Source of the DNA: an uncultured Bacteroidales bacterium
GTDB lineage: Bacteria > Bacteroidota > Bacteroidia > Bacteroidales > CAIWKO01
Reading direction: 5' to 3'
Length of the DNA stretch: 64,000 bases
Assembly (NCBI GenBank): GCA_964599365.1
Contig: CAZRFL010000011.1
Span: 6,612-70,611, forward strand
Part shown: positions 1 to 10,700 of the stretch, piece by piece
Position numbering within the stretch: the stretch's first letter is position 1
Layout: each line of letters opens with the position of its first letter
The notes under the pieces: generated by a model
Seen by the model: the letters and a program-made list of their open reading frames with translations, nothing else
The model's database searches: none
Told to the model about the DNA's origin: nothing
Program-made: the position numbers and the translations under genes

Positions 1-3000
1 GGAATTATAACCTGAATTGAGACCATTCAGCCAACGACGCATTTTGCCTACCACATAACCGGTATTATAATTAAGGATGCCTAAATTGGAAGTGCTGCTT
101 CCCAATTCCAGATAATTCGAATTGGTAAGAATGTTTCCTGAATTCATGGAGAGTTGATTGAAAACACTCGTATTATTTAACAGGTTGATGCCTCCGCCGG
201 TATTGTTACTGATAAGATTATAGAAATTTTCACCTCCCGGACAAGTCAGGTTTTGAGTATTAGAGCCGTTAAAGGTTACATCAGCTGCTCCTTCGGTAAA
301 TCCGGCTGTCCCAAAATTGGTCCAGTTTCCGCCAAGGGTTATATTATGAGTATTTGCAATCAGGGAACCACTGGCGCTATTAATGGTAAGATTGGAAGCA
401 ACATTAATGTCGGCAAGTAATGTTTTTGTGCCGGCAAGAGAGAAGTCGATATTGTAAAAATCTTCTCCACCGGGGCAACTCAGGGTCTGTGCAGTGGCAC
501 CGTTACAATATACAGTACCCACAGCGCCTTCTGTAAATCCGTTTGTTCCGAAGTTCTCCCAGTTTCTGCCCACCGAGATATTCATTCCATTAGCTTCCAA
601 AATACCACCTGTAATGATCAGGTCCCTTTTCACAGTGATATCACCGGCAAGTTGTTTTGCACCCCCTGTGGTGGAGATAAGCAAATTTGAATATTCAAAT
701 ACTCCCGGAATGGTTGCTTTTACTGTTTGGGTTCCACTGGGCGAACTATATTCCACCGTGGATCCATCCTGAAAATCGTAAATATTGTTGGTTGAGCTGA
801 AGTTAAAAAAACCGTTATTGGTGTTAAGATTTAGTTTGCCACCATCCAGTATTTCGATTTCGTGTCCGGCAGAGCCACTGGCACTGCAATTAATATAATT
901 ACAAGTAACTACGCCGCTGTTTCCAATGATCCATTTGCATGGTGGACGTGGTGATGTGTTATTTGTGGTGGCGTAAAGAATTCCAGGAATATTCATAGTG
1001 CCGTTAATTGTCCAGGTGCCTCCACCAGATCCGGATCCGGAAGTACCATTAATGCTTGCATTACCTGTATTTGTGCCTGTAGCTATTAAATTAACCATCG
1101 AACCAGAATTAACAGTGATATTAAATACCGATGTACTATTGCTGTTATTATAAATTTGTGTTCCCGAATTTGTTGCAAACCTCAAATTGATATTCATGGC
1201 AATTATCAAATTTGTGGTTGCAATAGTAATCCCATCTTTTCTTATACGATTTGCATCAAAATTACCCGTACCGCTTATTGTAACATTTGTTCCTTCAATA
1301 TTAAAACAAATATAGTCAGGGGTTGTTCCGTTTCCAATGATACCGTTACATATCAGGTTGTTCCCATACACACTGATATATCTGTTTGCTCCGGCCACAA
1401 TAGTTGTATATACTTTTGCCCCATTTTCGACTACAAGATCATGGACTGATCTGGGAGAATTATCTAAAGTTACAGTAGAACCGGTTCTTATAGTAACATT
1501 TGGTGCGGCTTCGTTGGGATAATCACCCGAACTACAATCTACCCAAGATCCTGAAACTTTTTTCTGCCATGTTGTATTTATTGACCAATCGCCCGAAACT
1601 CCTAATCTTGTCTGGTAATCCCCATTATTAGCTGTGGTTGGTGTAACAGATATCTCTATACCATTCGACCAACTGCTGCCCTTTCTGACAAATAATTTAA
1701 AGAAGTAAGTTGTATCATTTTTTAAGGTTGTAACAACTTGTCCGCTCAAGTTTCCTTTATAAACTACTTTGCCTCCCAGACAAGCTGTGCCCAATCCAAA
1801 AGAAAGATTCGCAGTATACGAACTTCCATCACCAGTGGGTGTTCCGGGAATTATATTTGATGTTGATCTGCCAACAATCAACACATCGTCGTAGCAACCG
1901 GCAGGATTTATCCAGTTTAGGGTGGCCTGAAGGCTTCCCAATGAACCACTCAGGTTCGAAGCGTCAGGTGTATTCAGAGCTACAATCAAATTCACTGCAT
2001 TGTCGGTGCCAGCTATATAAGGATCGCTCGAAAGAACACGAATTCTGTAAAGTGTTCCGTCTAATGTTCCAGCAGGGATATTAGCAGAAATATTTCCCGA
2101 ATTCGAAGTGCTGCTGAGTGTGCCTATGGTTGTTGGCACTCCAAAGCTTCCGTTTTCATCCGAAAGCTGCGCTGTATAAATGTTTCCCGAATTGAATGTT
2201 CCGGAAGAGGTAAAGGGCACTGTTAAGGAAATACCCATAGTTGAGGTTATACAAAAAGGTGAACCGCTAATACCTCCTGTAGTGAGGGCATTTCCCGAAA
2301 CACCTGTTACTTTTACGTCATCAATCCTGGAAGTACCTCCTGCAGCAACATTTCCGGTGGTAACTTGCAGGTTGGATGTCATAACCCATCTTAAGTAAAC
2401 AGATGCTTGGTTATCGCATGCAGTAGGAAGGGCGAGATCGGTTTTAACCCCGGTAGTCCAATTATCGGCAACGCTAATCGTACCCGATGAAACATCTGTC
2501 CATGTTCCCCCTGCACCAAGCTTGTACTGTATTTTCCAGTTTTTAGGACCCGTGCCCGAACTTCTTTGTTTGCTAGTAAGTTTCAATTGGGTGTAGCCGG
2601 TCGAATTGAGATCCACCTGCCAGTATTTTACACCATTTCCGTTGTCCCATCCGGTAGCAGTGGCACATCGTGTGGCAATTCCGGCATTTGAAAAAGTAGG
2701 GCTTCCTGCACTGCCTTGCGTGGATATTTGTTTACAACTTGCCGGGGTTCCTGCCACATAATTCAACGCGATTCCTGCGTCGGAATATTGATCGTCCGTG
2801 CTGTTCGGAAAATTCCATTCAACCAGAGAGGTACCCATGGCGCTGGTACAAATAATAGTTGGGCTTTCTCCGTTCGTAAGACCTGTAGCAACTGCCTGAA
2901 TCGTGAAAGTTTCTTCGGTATTGTATTGCAGGTCGGTCCAGGTTTTGGTTCCGGCCACCAAAGAGAGTGTCAGCCCACTTGCCGAGGAAAGGGTTCCTGT

Positions 3001-5181
3001 CCCGGCAAAACGTGAAAGAGTTACCGACGCTGTCGAACCTGCATCAATATTGCCATTGGCATCAGTAGCATTAACAGTGGAAGTAAAGTTTGAATTGGGA
3101 GCAACTGCACCCGGCACCCCGCTAAAGCGCAATTCGGTTGCTACAACTGCAATTATGTTTTTGGTATTGTCCGAATTTATAGTAAACGAAGCCAGTTGCG
3201 AACTGGTACTGGTGCTTTCAGTAGTAACACCTGAATTTAAAATTTGAAAATGGAATTTCTTCGCATCTGAGCCTGAAGGGATGGGATTTTTCAGGGATAG
3301 CCTCATATAAATTGTTTTTTTACTTGCAGCTCCATCGGGTATAGAAATTGAAGCAGAAGGAGTGAAAACTATGCTCAGGGCATTTTTAGTAATGGTGCCG
3401 GCAATGGGTGTTACAGAAGTACCCTCAAAAAATTGTACATCCAGTATAGTGTTAACCCAGCTTGTAACAGTATTACTGCCCCCGTTTGAAATCGTAATAG
3501 AGGTATAATTTGTGGGCAAAAGGTCGGCATCATTGGCCGAACCGTTACCATCATAAAGATCAAATCCCCAAACTTGCGTTCCAATCAGGTTGCTGGTTAT
3601 GGAAGTTGTATTTTCAAGTGAAGATATGGAGGCCGATTCGGTGGAAGCAACAGCCATGATTACACTATTGGCCGAAGCAGAGGGTGCAGTAATATTGAAA
3701 GCAGCACTGGTAATATCCCAATCCAGGGTGCTTTGTCTTTCGGCATTTAAGGTAAGTCCGGTACCGGTGGCTGTATGAATAAGATTGGAAAATGTTGCCA
3801 ATCCTGCGACAGCAGTCACATCAGCATTTGTTCCACTTAATGATCCTGATGAAGTGATACGAATGACCGAGACGAAATCCAGATCACGATTATTATTGAC
3901 ATCTTTTGCTTCAACCGTTACGGCCGGGCTCATAGTTCCGTTCTGAACGCTGTTACTTACTTGCTGGAAGTATCCAAGCCTATCGGCGATTACTTCTATG
4001 CGATTTGCATCACCTGAAATCGAAGAAGCCGACCCACCGGCATTGGCTGCTGCAAAAACCGATCCCGCGGCGTCGGCTGTAGCAGAGCCAATGGTAAATT
4101 GAATTTGTTGATTATCGGTTACGGATGCATTAAAACTTGCCCTTAAACTAAATGTTTTTGAGTTTCCGTCAACGGCACTTAAACCTGCAATTGAACTAAA
4201 CACCAAGGAGCCCGAGCTAACCGCTAATTCTGCTATTTCAGTTGTTCCATCATATAGCGCCACTCTTCGGACGTTAGCCCAATTGGAAAGTGAAAAAGTA
4301 ATTGCCGACAATGTAGTTCCCAGGGCATCGCCATCGGCAGTACCTCCCCCATCGCGCATATCGAATCGGGCAACTTCAAGCGAAGTGCTTGTCAAATTGG
4401 TTTCCTGATACGAAGTGTAGGCTATGTTGGTCGGTTCCGAAAATGTGCTGTTGCGAATTATATCCGATGAGGTGGAGTTTGACGAACCTGCTGCCGTAAC
4501 CGAAAAATTATCGACACCAATACCCTGTGAGTTGCTGCTTCCGCCAGTTCCGGTATAGGCCCAGCGTAAATAATAGCTGCTCCCATTAGCTATAGACAGT
4601 CCGCTGATGGTAACAGATTTCGAAATACTTGTGGGCGGGTTTACCACGGCATTGGCACCGTCAACTGCATAGGAATGATCGCCAGGAGTTTGTGCAGTCC
4701 ACGTGATACCGTCGGTGCCGGAGAAAAAATTCATAGTCCAGGCCCGTGTTCCTGAACGGTACTTTTCAAAATCAAATGAAATAGTAAGCGCAGTAATTGC
4801 GCTTCCTGTATTGTTGGTGATCTGAACAAATATGTTGCGGGGACTGGTGAATGAGCCTGATGTTAAAAATCCAACAGCCCTGTCGGTTGATGATGCGGTT
4901 ACACCATTGGCATAGTTATAGGTTCCTCCTGCCGAAGATCCTGATAAGGCTCCAGTTCCGCTGGTTCCGGCAGCCAGTGTGGTCGCTGTGGTTCCCGTCG
5001 AATAGGCGGTTGCCGAATTAACTTTCCATCCCGAAGGCAAACTGGCCGTTGCGGAACTGCCCATGCCGTCGAAATTCTGTGTAAATGCCGTTCCGGTGGA
5101 GGTAATGGATATTTGTCCCCACCCCAACATAGGAGCAACAAGCATTACGCTCAGAAAAAGTAGTTTATAGTAGCTTTTCAT
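1..5181 (-). CDS. Giant secreted repeat-rich surface protein, partial (over 1,720 aa in the window; the 3' end lies before position 1). Probably a beta-helix or adhesin-like repeat protein.
   Basis: The reverse complement of 5179-5181 is an ATG that opens MKSYYKLLFLSVMLVAPMLGWGQISITSTGTAFTQNFDGMGSS..., a signal peptide followed by S/T/G/N-rich sequence. No minus-strand ORF is listed in the ORF track because the frame runs off the window edge, and only short antisense plus-strand ORFs cover the region. ~240-bp tandem repeats in the DNA (e.g. 225-330 vs 462-570) encode ~80-aa repeats containing ...NFGTxGFTEGAxxVxxNGxxxQxLxCPGGExFYN... Confidence 0.7.
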   Translation of the reverse strand, partial: MKSYYKLLFLSVMLVAPMLGWGQISITSTGTAFTQNFDGMGSSATASLPSGWKVNSATAYSTGTTATTLAAGTSGTGALSGSSAGGTYNYANGVTASSTDRAVGFLTSGSFTSPRNIFVQITNNTGSAITALTISFDFEKYRSGTRAWTMNFFSGTDGITWTAQTPGDHSYAVDGANAVVNPPTSISKSVTISGLSIANGSSYYLRWAYTGTGGSSNSQGIGVDNFSVTAAGSSNSTSSDIIRNSTFSEPTNIAYTSYQETNLTSTSLEVARFDMRDGGGTADGDALGTTLSAITFSLSNWANVRRVALYDGTTEIAELAVSSGSLVFSSIAGLSAVDGNSKTFSLRASFNASVTDNQQIQFTIGSATADAAGSVFAAANAGGSASSISGDANRIEVIADRLGYFQQVSNSVQNGTMSPAVTVEAKDVNNNRDLDFVSVIRITSSGSLSGTNADVTAVAGLATFSNLIHTATGTGLTLNAERQSTLDWDITSAAFNITAPSASANSVIMAVASTESASISSLENTTSITSNLIGTQVWGFDLYDGNGSANDADLLPTNYTSITISNGGSNTVTSWVNTILDVQFFEGTSVTPIAGTITKNALSIVFTPSASISIPDGAASKKTIYMRLSLKNPIPSGSDAKKFHFQILNSGVTTESTSTSSQLASFTINSDNTKNIIAVVATELRFSGVPGAVAPNSNFTSTVNATDANGNIDAGSTASVTLSRFAGTGTLSSASGLTLSLVAGTKTWTDLQYNTEETFTIQAVATGLTNGESPTIICTSAMGTSLVEWNFPNSTDDQYSDAGIALNYVAGTPASCKQISTQGSAGSPTFSNAGIATRCATATGWDNGNGVKYWQVDLNSTGYTQLKLTSKQRSSGTGPKNWKIQYKLGAGGTWTDVSSGTISVADNWTTGVKTDLALPTACDNQASVYLRWVMTSNLQVTTGNVAAGGTSRIDDVKVTGVSGNALTTGGISGSPFCITSTMGISLTVPFTSSGTFNSGNIYTAQLSDENGSFGVPTTIGTLSSTSNSGNISANIPAGTLDGTLYRIRVLSSDPYIAGTDNAVNLIVALNTPDASNLSGSLGSLQATLNWINPAGCYDDVLIVGRSTSNIIPGTPTGDGSSYTANLSFGLGTACLGGKVVYKGNLSGQVVTTLKNDTTYFFKLFVRKGSSWSNGIEISVTPTTANNGDYQTRLGVSGDWSINTTWQKKVSGSWVDCSSGDYPNEAAPNVTIRTGSTVTLDNSPRSVHDLVVENGAKVYTTIVAGANRYISVYGNNLICNGIIGNGTTPDYICFNIEGTNVTISGTGNFDANRIRKDGITIATTNLIIAMNINLRFATNSGTQIYNNSNSTSVFNITVNSGSMVNLIATGTNTGNASINGTSGSGSGGGTWTINGTMNIPGILYATTNNTSPRPPCKWIIGNSGVVTCNYINCSASGSAGHEIEILDGGKLNLNTNNGFFNFSSTNNIYDFQDGSTVEYSSPSGTQTVKATIPGVFEYSNLLISTTGGAKQLAGDITVKRDLIITGGILEANGMNISVGRNWENFGTNGFTEGAVGTVYCNGATAQTLSCPGGEDFYNIDFSLAGTKTLLADINVASNLTINSASGSLIANTHNITLGGNWTNFGTAGFTEGAADVTFNGSNTQNLTCPGGENFYNLISNNTGGGINLLNNTSVFNQLSMNSGNILTNSNYLELGSSTSNLGILNYNTGYVVGKMRRWLNGLNSGYNS

Positions 5182-5550
5182 AATTAAAATTATGATTAAT
5201 TGCTTAATGGTCTTTAGGTATTAAGTTGTCCGTTTATCCAATAATATCAGCGGTTTCGGATTGTTCTTCGGGCGAAGAACCCCCTCTAGGGTGATCACTG
5301 AGCGTGCTTGTAACGGATAACACAGCAAATGTACGGGTTTGCAACGATATACAGTATTAATTTTGTGTTAATGTTTTCAACCCAAATTTGTTAATTTAAA
5401 AACCTAGGATAAAACGAATTCCCCTCGTCCGAGTTCTATCCTTATATAGAAATTTAAAAGAAAGATTTAACAAAGTATCTGTTGTAATTAAATCAGCATT
5501 GAAAACAGCCAACATACGACCATACCTTCGCAATAATCTTGGTAAAAAAA

Positions 5551-5580
5551 GAGGCTGTCTTTATAAAAAGACAGCCCCCT
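5551..5580 (-). terminator. Rho-independent terminator downstream of the SusD-like gene
   Basis: Hairpin GGCTGTCTTT-ataa-AAAGACAGCC (5553-5576). On the minus strand it is followed by a T-run (the complement of 5541-5550, AAAAAAAGAG). Confidence 0.6.
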
Positions 5581-5601
5581 TACAGTAAGGAAAATTAAGA
5601 A

Positions 5602-7038
5602 TTAGAATTTATCCCAGAATAGTTTGGTAGCAACATCGTCTCCTCCAATATTGGTAGAGGCATTTTGATAATTAGTACCGTTTAGGGTTTGTTCTGCAAT
5701 TGGGTAGGTATATCTTACCGGAATATCCGAGAAAGCATCCACAGGAGCCACCAAAGCAGGATAATCAAATTTGCGCCATGAGGTCCAGGCCTCAAAACCA
5801 CGGTTGTACAGCGCAAACCACATTTGGGTTCCTATTTTTTGTTTATAGGTTCCGGTAGCAGTTGCGTAAGCAACATCAACCTGTGCCAAATAAGTAGTAA
5901 CTTCGGTGGAAGTACCGCCCCAATATAAAATCGAAGCTTCAATCCCTTTGTCATAATGCGATGCAGCAGTTCCGCCCACAGCATAACCTCTTTCAGCGGC
6001 TTCAGCCAATAAAAACTCTACTTGCGAATAATCGAAAATCAGACCTTCGAAGTTAGGAACTTGTATCATATCTGATACGTGGGAGAAAGAGGTATAGTCA
6101 TTCGAAGCACCATACTCACCACCAACATAAACTCCACCCAATTCTGTAAAATAGAAAGGTCTTCTGGGGTCGTTCAGGGTGTTCATCGGATCTATAATAA
6201 CGCTGGTAGGTACAAAATCATGTCTGCCACTGGCAACCAAGTCATCATATATCGGGTTGGTATTAGGTTGTGCCGATAGATAAACCAGTCTTGCATTGTC
6301 TGCATTCGAAGTAAAAACTCCGGGGGCAGCCTGCTCAACCACATTCTGGGCAAAGGTTCCTTCTCCCGGTATGTCTGCAATTAGCAATCCCATATGCAAT
6401 TTAAGCGAATTCGCAAATTTTAACCATTGCGTAATATCGCCCTGATACATATTGTCTGCTTCACCAAGGCTTCCGTAAGTAGGATCCATATTGGCAATAG
6501 CCACATCCAAACGTGCTATCAGAGCTTTGTAAATCGTCAAACCATCATCATATTTAGGAAGAGGTTTTTCAATATCCAAAGCATCAGTGTAAGGAACATC
6601 TCCAAAAGTTTCAACCAAAACACTCCAGGCATAGATAGACATAACTTCTACCACTGCCAAACGATTCTTTTTAACATTGGGGCTGGCATCAGTAAGAGTA
6701 TAATCCGTTGCTTCAATGATTTTGGATGATTCTTTCAGATCTTTTAGAACATCACGATACATCACTTCCCAGTGATTATCAGGAATTGTACGAGTAACCA
6801 AATCATAATTACTCTCATCAGTATAAGTTGTTTCCGTCCAATATTGGGCAAACATTCTGAAAACATTCATGTTCACATTGGTGCTAACCATTTGGTCGAA
6901 AATATTCTTCTGTGCACCGGTAAATAGCGATTCGCCGGAAACCACAGTGGGGTCTTTCACGTTTTCATTTAAATCTTCCAGTTTCTTGCAAGCAGAAAAC
7001 AAAAGAAGAATGAACAATAAGGCTAATATTTTTTTCAT
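5602..7038 (-). CDS. SusD/RagB-family nutrient-binding outer-membrane lipoprotein
   Basis: 478 aa. N-terminal lipoprotein signal MKKILALLFILLLFSAC. Length and composition (W/Y/F/A-rich) are typical of SusD-like proteins. It lies immediately downstream of a SusC-like TonB-dependent receptor gene in the same orientation. Confidence 0.85.
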   Translation of the reverse strand: MKKILALLFILLLFSACKKLEDLNENVKDPTVVSGESLFTGAQKNIFDQMVSTNVNMNVFRMFAQYWTETTYTDESNYDLVTRTIPDNHWEVMYRDVLKDLKESSKIIEATDYTLTDASPNVKKNRLAVVEVMSIYAWSVLVETFGDVPYTDALDIEKPLPKYDDGLTIYKALIARLDVAIANMDPTYGSLGEADNMYQGDITQWLKFANSLKLHMGLLIADIPGEGTFAQNVVEQAAPGVFTSNADNARLVYLSAQPNTNPIYDDLVASGRHDFVPTSVIIDPMNTLNDPRRPFYFTELGGVYVGGEYGASNDYTSFSHVSDMIQVPNFEGLIFDYSQVEFLLAEAAERGYAVGGTAASHYDKGIEASILYWGGTSTEVTTYLAQVDVAYATATGTYKQKIGTQMWFALYNRGFEAWTSWRKFDYPALVAPVDAFSDIPVRYTYPIAEQTLNGTNYQNASTNIGGDDVATKLFWDKF

Positions 7039-7049
7039 GGTTTTATTAA

Positions 7050-10000
7050 TTAAAAGGTTAATTTCACATTAAGACTAAAATCACGGGTTGAGGGGAGTGA
7101 CCCTACTGAATATCCCTGTAGGTTTCCAGCGCCCAATCCTGATTCAGGATCAGCATAAGGAAGTTTTTTATAGATGATCCAGGGATTCGATGCCACTGCC
7201 GCAACAGTAAGTCCGCTAATAAAACATTTTTTGAAAACCTTACTGGGAACTGAGTACGACAATGATACTTCTCTCAACTTAACGAATGTAGCATCATAAA
7301 CAAAAGCCTTATCAGGATTTCTTAAGTAGCCAAATGCACCATAGTTGGCAGCACTAATTCTGGTAGTATTTTCCGAACCATCAGCATTAACACCTTCGTT
7401 AATGAAACCACCGCTGGTAGGAGCATAACCGCTGGTAGGATCACCGGGAGTATTGTAAGCAATCGGATCTCTCACCGGATTGCCCAAATCATTCAAATAC
7501 GAAGTTTCTTCATACAAACCGGTTGCCAGTCCATAATACATATCTAGTGAGAAAATATCACCACCTTTAGAAATGTCAATCAGGAAGCTTAATGCCCAAT
7601 TACTATAAGTCAAAGAATTGTAGATACCACCGGTCCAATCAGGGTTAACATTTCCAATAACATTATCCGAAGTAGATGTTTTAACATACCTACCGTTTGC
7701 AGCATTGATTAATCTTGCACTGTCTGAATCTCCAACAGGATTTCCGTTAACAGTAACATAGTCAGTTCCGCAAATTACACCATAGGGCTGATCAACTCTT
7801 GCATTAATGGTAATTCCGCCCTGATACGAACCTAACTGAAGGTTTTCTACACCTTCGAGTAATGAAATAACCTTGTTATAATTTTTGGCCCAGTTAATAG
7901 TTAAATCCCATCTGAATTTTTTGGTTTTAACAGGAGTGGCATTAAGTGCAATTTCGATACCTGAGTTTCTAATTTCACCGGCATTGATCATTTTATAAGT
8001 ATAACCTGATGCTACAGAAACAGCAAGTGGCAGAATTTGATTTTTCGAATTGGTCTTATAACCGGCAATATCAAAACCTACTCTTCTTCCAAAGAAATAC
8101 ATTTCTAAACCGCCTTCAATACTATTGGTTTTTTCGGGCAACAGATCAGGATTCTTTTTAGTTCCGGCAACCGATGTTATTGGCGCATTCAATGGAGTAA
8201 CAATATTATAGTTGTCTACCAATTGATCAAATGCAGCGCTGTTACCAACAATAGCGTAGTTCAAACGTACTTTACCAAACGATAACCATTTTGAATCGGG
8301 CATCAGACTGGAGAAAATAAAACTACCTGCCACAGAAGGATAATAATAAACGCTCTTATCTTTTGGCAATGTTGAAGAATGGTCTCTTCTTAAAGTTCCG
8401 TCAAGATAAACCATGTTTTTATAGCCCAAAGAAACACTGGCATAAATACCATTTACACCAACCTTTGAAGCCAATTCTTTTGACAATGGCAATGGTCCGG
8501 CACTATTCTGCAGAGAATATATCTCAGGAACAACCAAACCGCCATTAGTTGAAGAAATAATGCGGCTGTAATTGGTTCTTCTGATATTCATACCAATAAC
8601 ACCTTTTATGTTGAAACTCTTAGAAATATCTTTATGGAAATTTGCCATAAGATCATAGTTGTATTCGCTGAAGGTAATGTCTCTTCTTAAATAACCAGAT
8701 CCCTGATCACTTCTTCCGATACTACCATCTGAACCGGTTCCTATACCAAATGGAGCAGCAATACTTCCAATGGCTCTTCTTTCTTCCTGAAGCTCATTAT
8801 ACGAGTCTGCAGAAAAACGTCCGAATAAATCTAGCCAATTTAGGACCTTGTAATTAACCGACATATAACCTACAAAACGGTTTCTTACATCGCTTTCATA
8901 GTTTTTATAACGGGTCCAATAGTAATTGTCCCAGAAGATAGGTTGAGCATCCGTAGGATCTGCATAATTCCAGGTAATATTTCTACCGGTCAGATCATAC
9001 ATGTCTTTTTGTTGTTGTATATCAACATTGGTTTGCATCCACTGGCGGAAAGAACTCATAATATTATCGCTATATCCAGTCGAGTTACGCCCCATACCTT
9101 TGGTTACCACATAATTTCCTGATCCGGAAACCGTAAGCCTGTCCGTAACGTTCCAGGTCCCATTCAACAGCAAATTGTCTTTATTCAATTTGCTATTAGG
9201 AAGCAATCCCTTTTGATTATAATTCGTATAAGATAAACGATACGATCCTTTGGTGCCGGCATTATCAATAGCTACAGAATTTGTGAACGTAACTGGTTTC
9301 TGGAAAAATGTAATAGGTCCATTTTTAGCAGCGATCCAGGGAGTAGCTTTCAAATAATTTGGTGATTCAGGATCAACAGCATCCCATTGATAAACCAATA
9401 GGTTTTCATCAAAAGGTGCCCCGTAGGATGCATCTTCTGAGGTAACTACCCACTGTTCATCAATTCCGTCACCATTAAGATCTCTCATATACCAGTAGCT
9501 ATCCGGACCTGAATAATAATGTCCGTAACCTCCGCCATAATCCTTTTGATAGGTAGGGAACGTAGATTTATCAACAAAACCCATAGTAACACCTGAATTC
9601 AAAGTAACACCAAAAAATTTTTTTTGAGTCTCTGAAGTACTTACTGTTGTTGCACCCTTCTTGGTAGTGATCATAATCACACCTCCTGCAGCGCGTGAGC
9701 CGTACAAGGCGGTAGCTGCCGATCCTTTAAGTACATTTATTGATTCAATATCGTCAGGGTTAATGTCCGAAGCAGCATTACCATAATCATAACCAAGACC
9801 AGCCTGCGATTGTCCTGAAGAATTATAGGTACTATTATTAATAGGAACACCGTCAACAACAAAAAGCACCTGGTTGTCTCCGGTTAGAGATTTGCTTCCG
9901 CGCAAAAGTACGTTTGTCGATCCACCCATATTGGTAGTCTTCTTTACTTGTACACCAGAAACCTTACCTGATAGAGAGTTAATAAAGTTGTCTGATTTAA

Positions 10001-10403
10001 CTGTTGAAACCTGGTCACCTTTAATTTCCTGAGTAGAATAACCTAACGATTTCTTTTCTCTTGATATACCAAGAGCCGTAACAACCACTCCCTCAATGTT
10101 CATAACATCAGTTTCCAGTACAACATCAATGTTGGTTCTGTTACCGATTGATACTTCCTGAGGCTTCATTCCAACAAAAGATACAACAAGAATGTCGTAT
10201 TTCGAAGGAACAGAAATTGTGAACTTTCCATTGGCATCTGTCACAGTACCAATAGTGGTTGCTTTAACAACAACAGTAACACCGGGCAGGGTAGTGCCAT
10301 CATCTTTACTGGTCACCGATCCCGTAATGGTCCTCTGTTGCGCAAAAGCCACCTGTAATCCTGTGAATAACAGAATTACACATAGAAATGTAAATTTTCT
10401 CAT
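7050..10403 (-). CDS. SusC-family TonB-dependent outer-membrane receptor/transporter
   Basis: The ORF runs 7050-10499 (1149 aa). The likely true start is the internal Met at 10401-10403 (MRKFTFLCVILLFTGLQVAFAQQ signal). This is followed by a carboxypeptidase-regulatory-like domain (TITGSVTSKDDGTTLPGVTVVVKATTIGTVTDANGKFTI), a TonB plug and a C-terminal beta-barrel ending ...FSLNVKLTF. Confidence 0.9.
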   Translation of the reverse strand: MRKFTFLCVILLFTGLQVAFAQQRTITGSVTSKDDGTTLPGVTVVVKATTIGTVTDANGKFTISVPSKYDILVVSFVGMKPQEVSIGNRTNIDVVLETDVMNIEGVVVTALGISREKKSLGYSTQEIKGDQVSTVKSDNFINSLSGKVSGVQVKKTTNMGGSTNVLLRGSKSLTGDNQVLFVVDGVPINNSTYNSSGQSQAGLGYDYGNAASDINPDDIESINVLKGSAATALYGSRAAGGVIMITTKKGATTVSTSETQKKFFGVTLNSGVTMGFVDKSTFPTYQKDYGGGYGHYYSGPDSYWYMRDLNGDGIDEQWVVTSEDASYGAPFDENLLVYQWDAVDPESPNYLKATPWIAAKNGPITFFQKPVTFTNSVAIDNAGTKGSYRLSYTNYNQKGLLPNSKLNKDNLLLNGTWNVTDRLTVSGSGNYVVTKGMGRNSTGYSDNIMSSFRQWMQTNVDIQQQKDMYDLTGRNITWNYADPTDAQPIFWDNYYWTRYKNYESDVRNRFVGYMSVNYKVLNWLDLFGRFSADSYNELQEERRAIGSIAAPFGIGTGSDGSIGRSDQGSGYLRRDITFSEYNYDLMANFHKDISKSFNIKGVIGMNIRRTNYSRIISSTNGGLVVPEIYSLQNSAGPLPLSKELASKVGVNGIYASVSLGYKNMVYLDGTLRRDHSSTLPKDKSVYYYPSVAGSFIFSSLMPDSKWLSFGKVRLNYAIVGNSAAFDQLVDNYNIVTPLNAPITSVAGTKKNPDLLPEKTNSIEGGLEMYFFGRRVGFDIAGYKTNSKNQILPLAVSVASGYTYKMINAGEIRNSGIEIALNATPVKTKKFRWDLTINWAKNYNKVISLLEGVENLQLGSYQGGITINARVDQPYGVICGTDYVTVNGNPVGDSDSARLINAANGRYVKTSTSDNVIGNVNPDWTGGIYNSLTYSNWALSFLIDISKGGDIFSLDMYYGLATGLYEETSYLNDLGNPVRDPIAYNTPGDPTSGYAPTSGGFINEGVNADGSENTTRISAANYGAFGYLRNPDKAFVYDATFVKLREVSLSYSVPSKVFKKCFISGLTVAAVASNPWIIYKKLPYADPESGLGAGNLQGYSVGSLPSTRDFSLNVKLTF

Positions 10404-10700
10404 AAGCTTTGTTTTTTGGTTAGTATTAATTAATTTTAGAACGTGTTTTTTCTTTTTGCTAATAAGATAATCCTTCAAAGAACGCGTATTTTTTAACAAA
10501 AATAAATAATATCAAAGGCAATAACAACTATTTTATGCAAAATTATTAAACAAAGAGTGTTAATTTTTCTCCACACGAAAATTCGGTGCTATATAACAGC
10601 GCGTTATACCGAATCAACTTGTCAGTTTTTTTGTACCTTTGTATTTACAAAATAAAAACTAACATCACCCGTTAAATAGAAATCTTATATTTCAGAAATA

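Noticed and set aside
494-3778. Seven plus-strand ORFs of 60-115 aa listed in the ORF track
   Set aside because: They are antisense to the giant minus-strand secreted-protein gene, which runs off the window edge and is therefore absent from the track. None has a convincing start context or protein-like composition.
4899-5141. Minus-strand 80-aa ORF near the start of the giant gene
   Set aside because: It is out of frame with the real ORF that starts at 5181, and its P/R/W-rich composition is unprotein-like.
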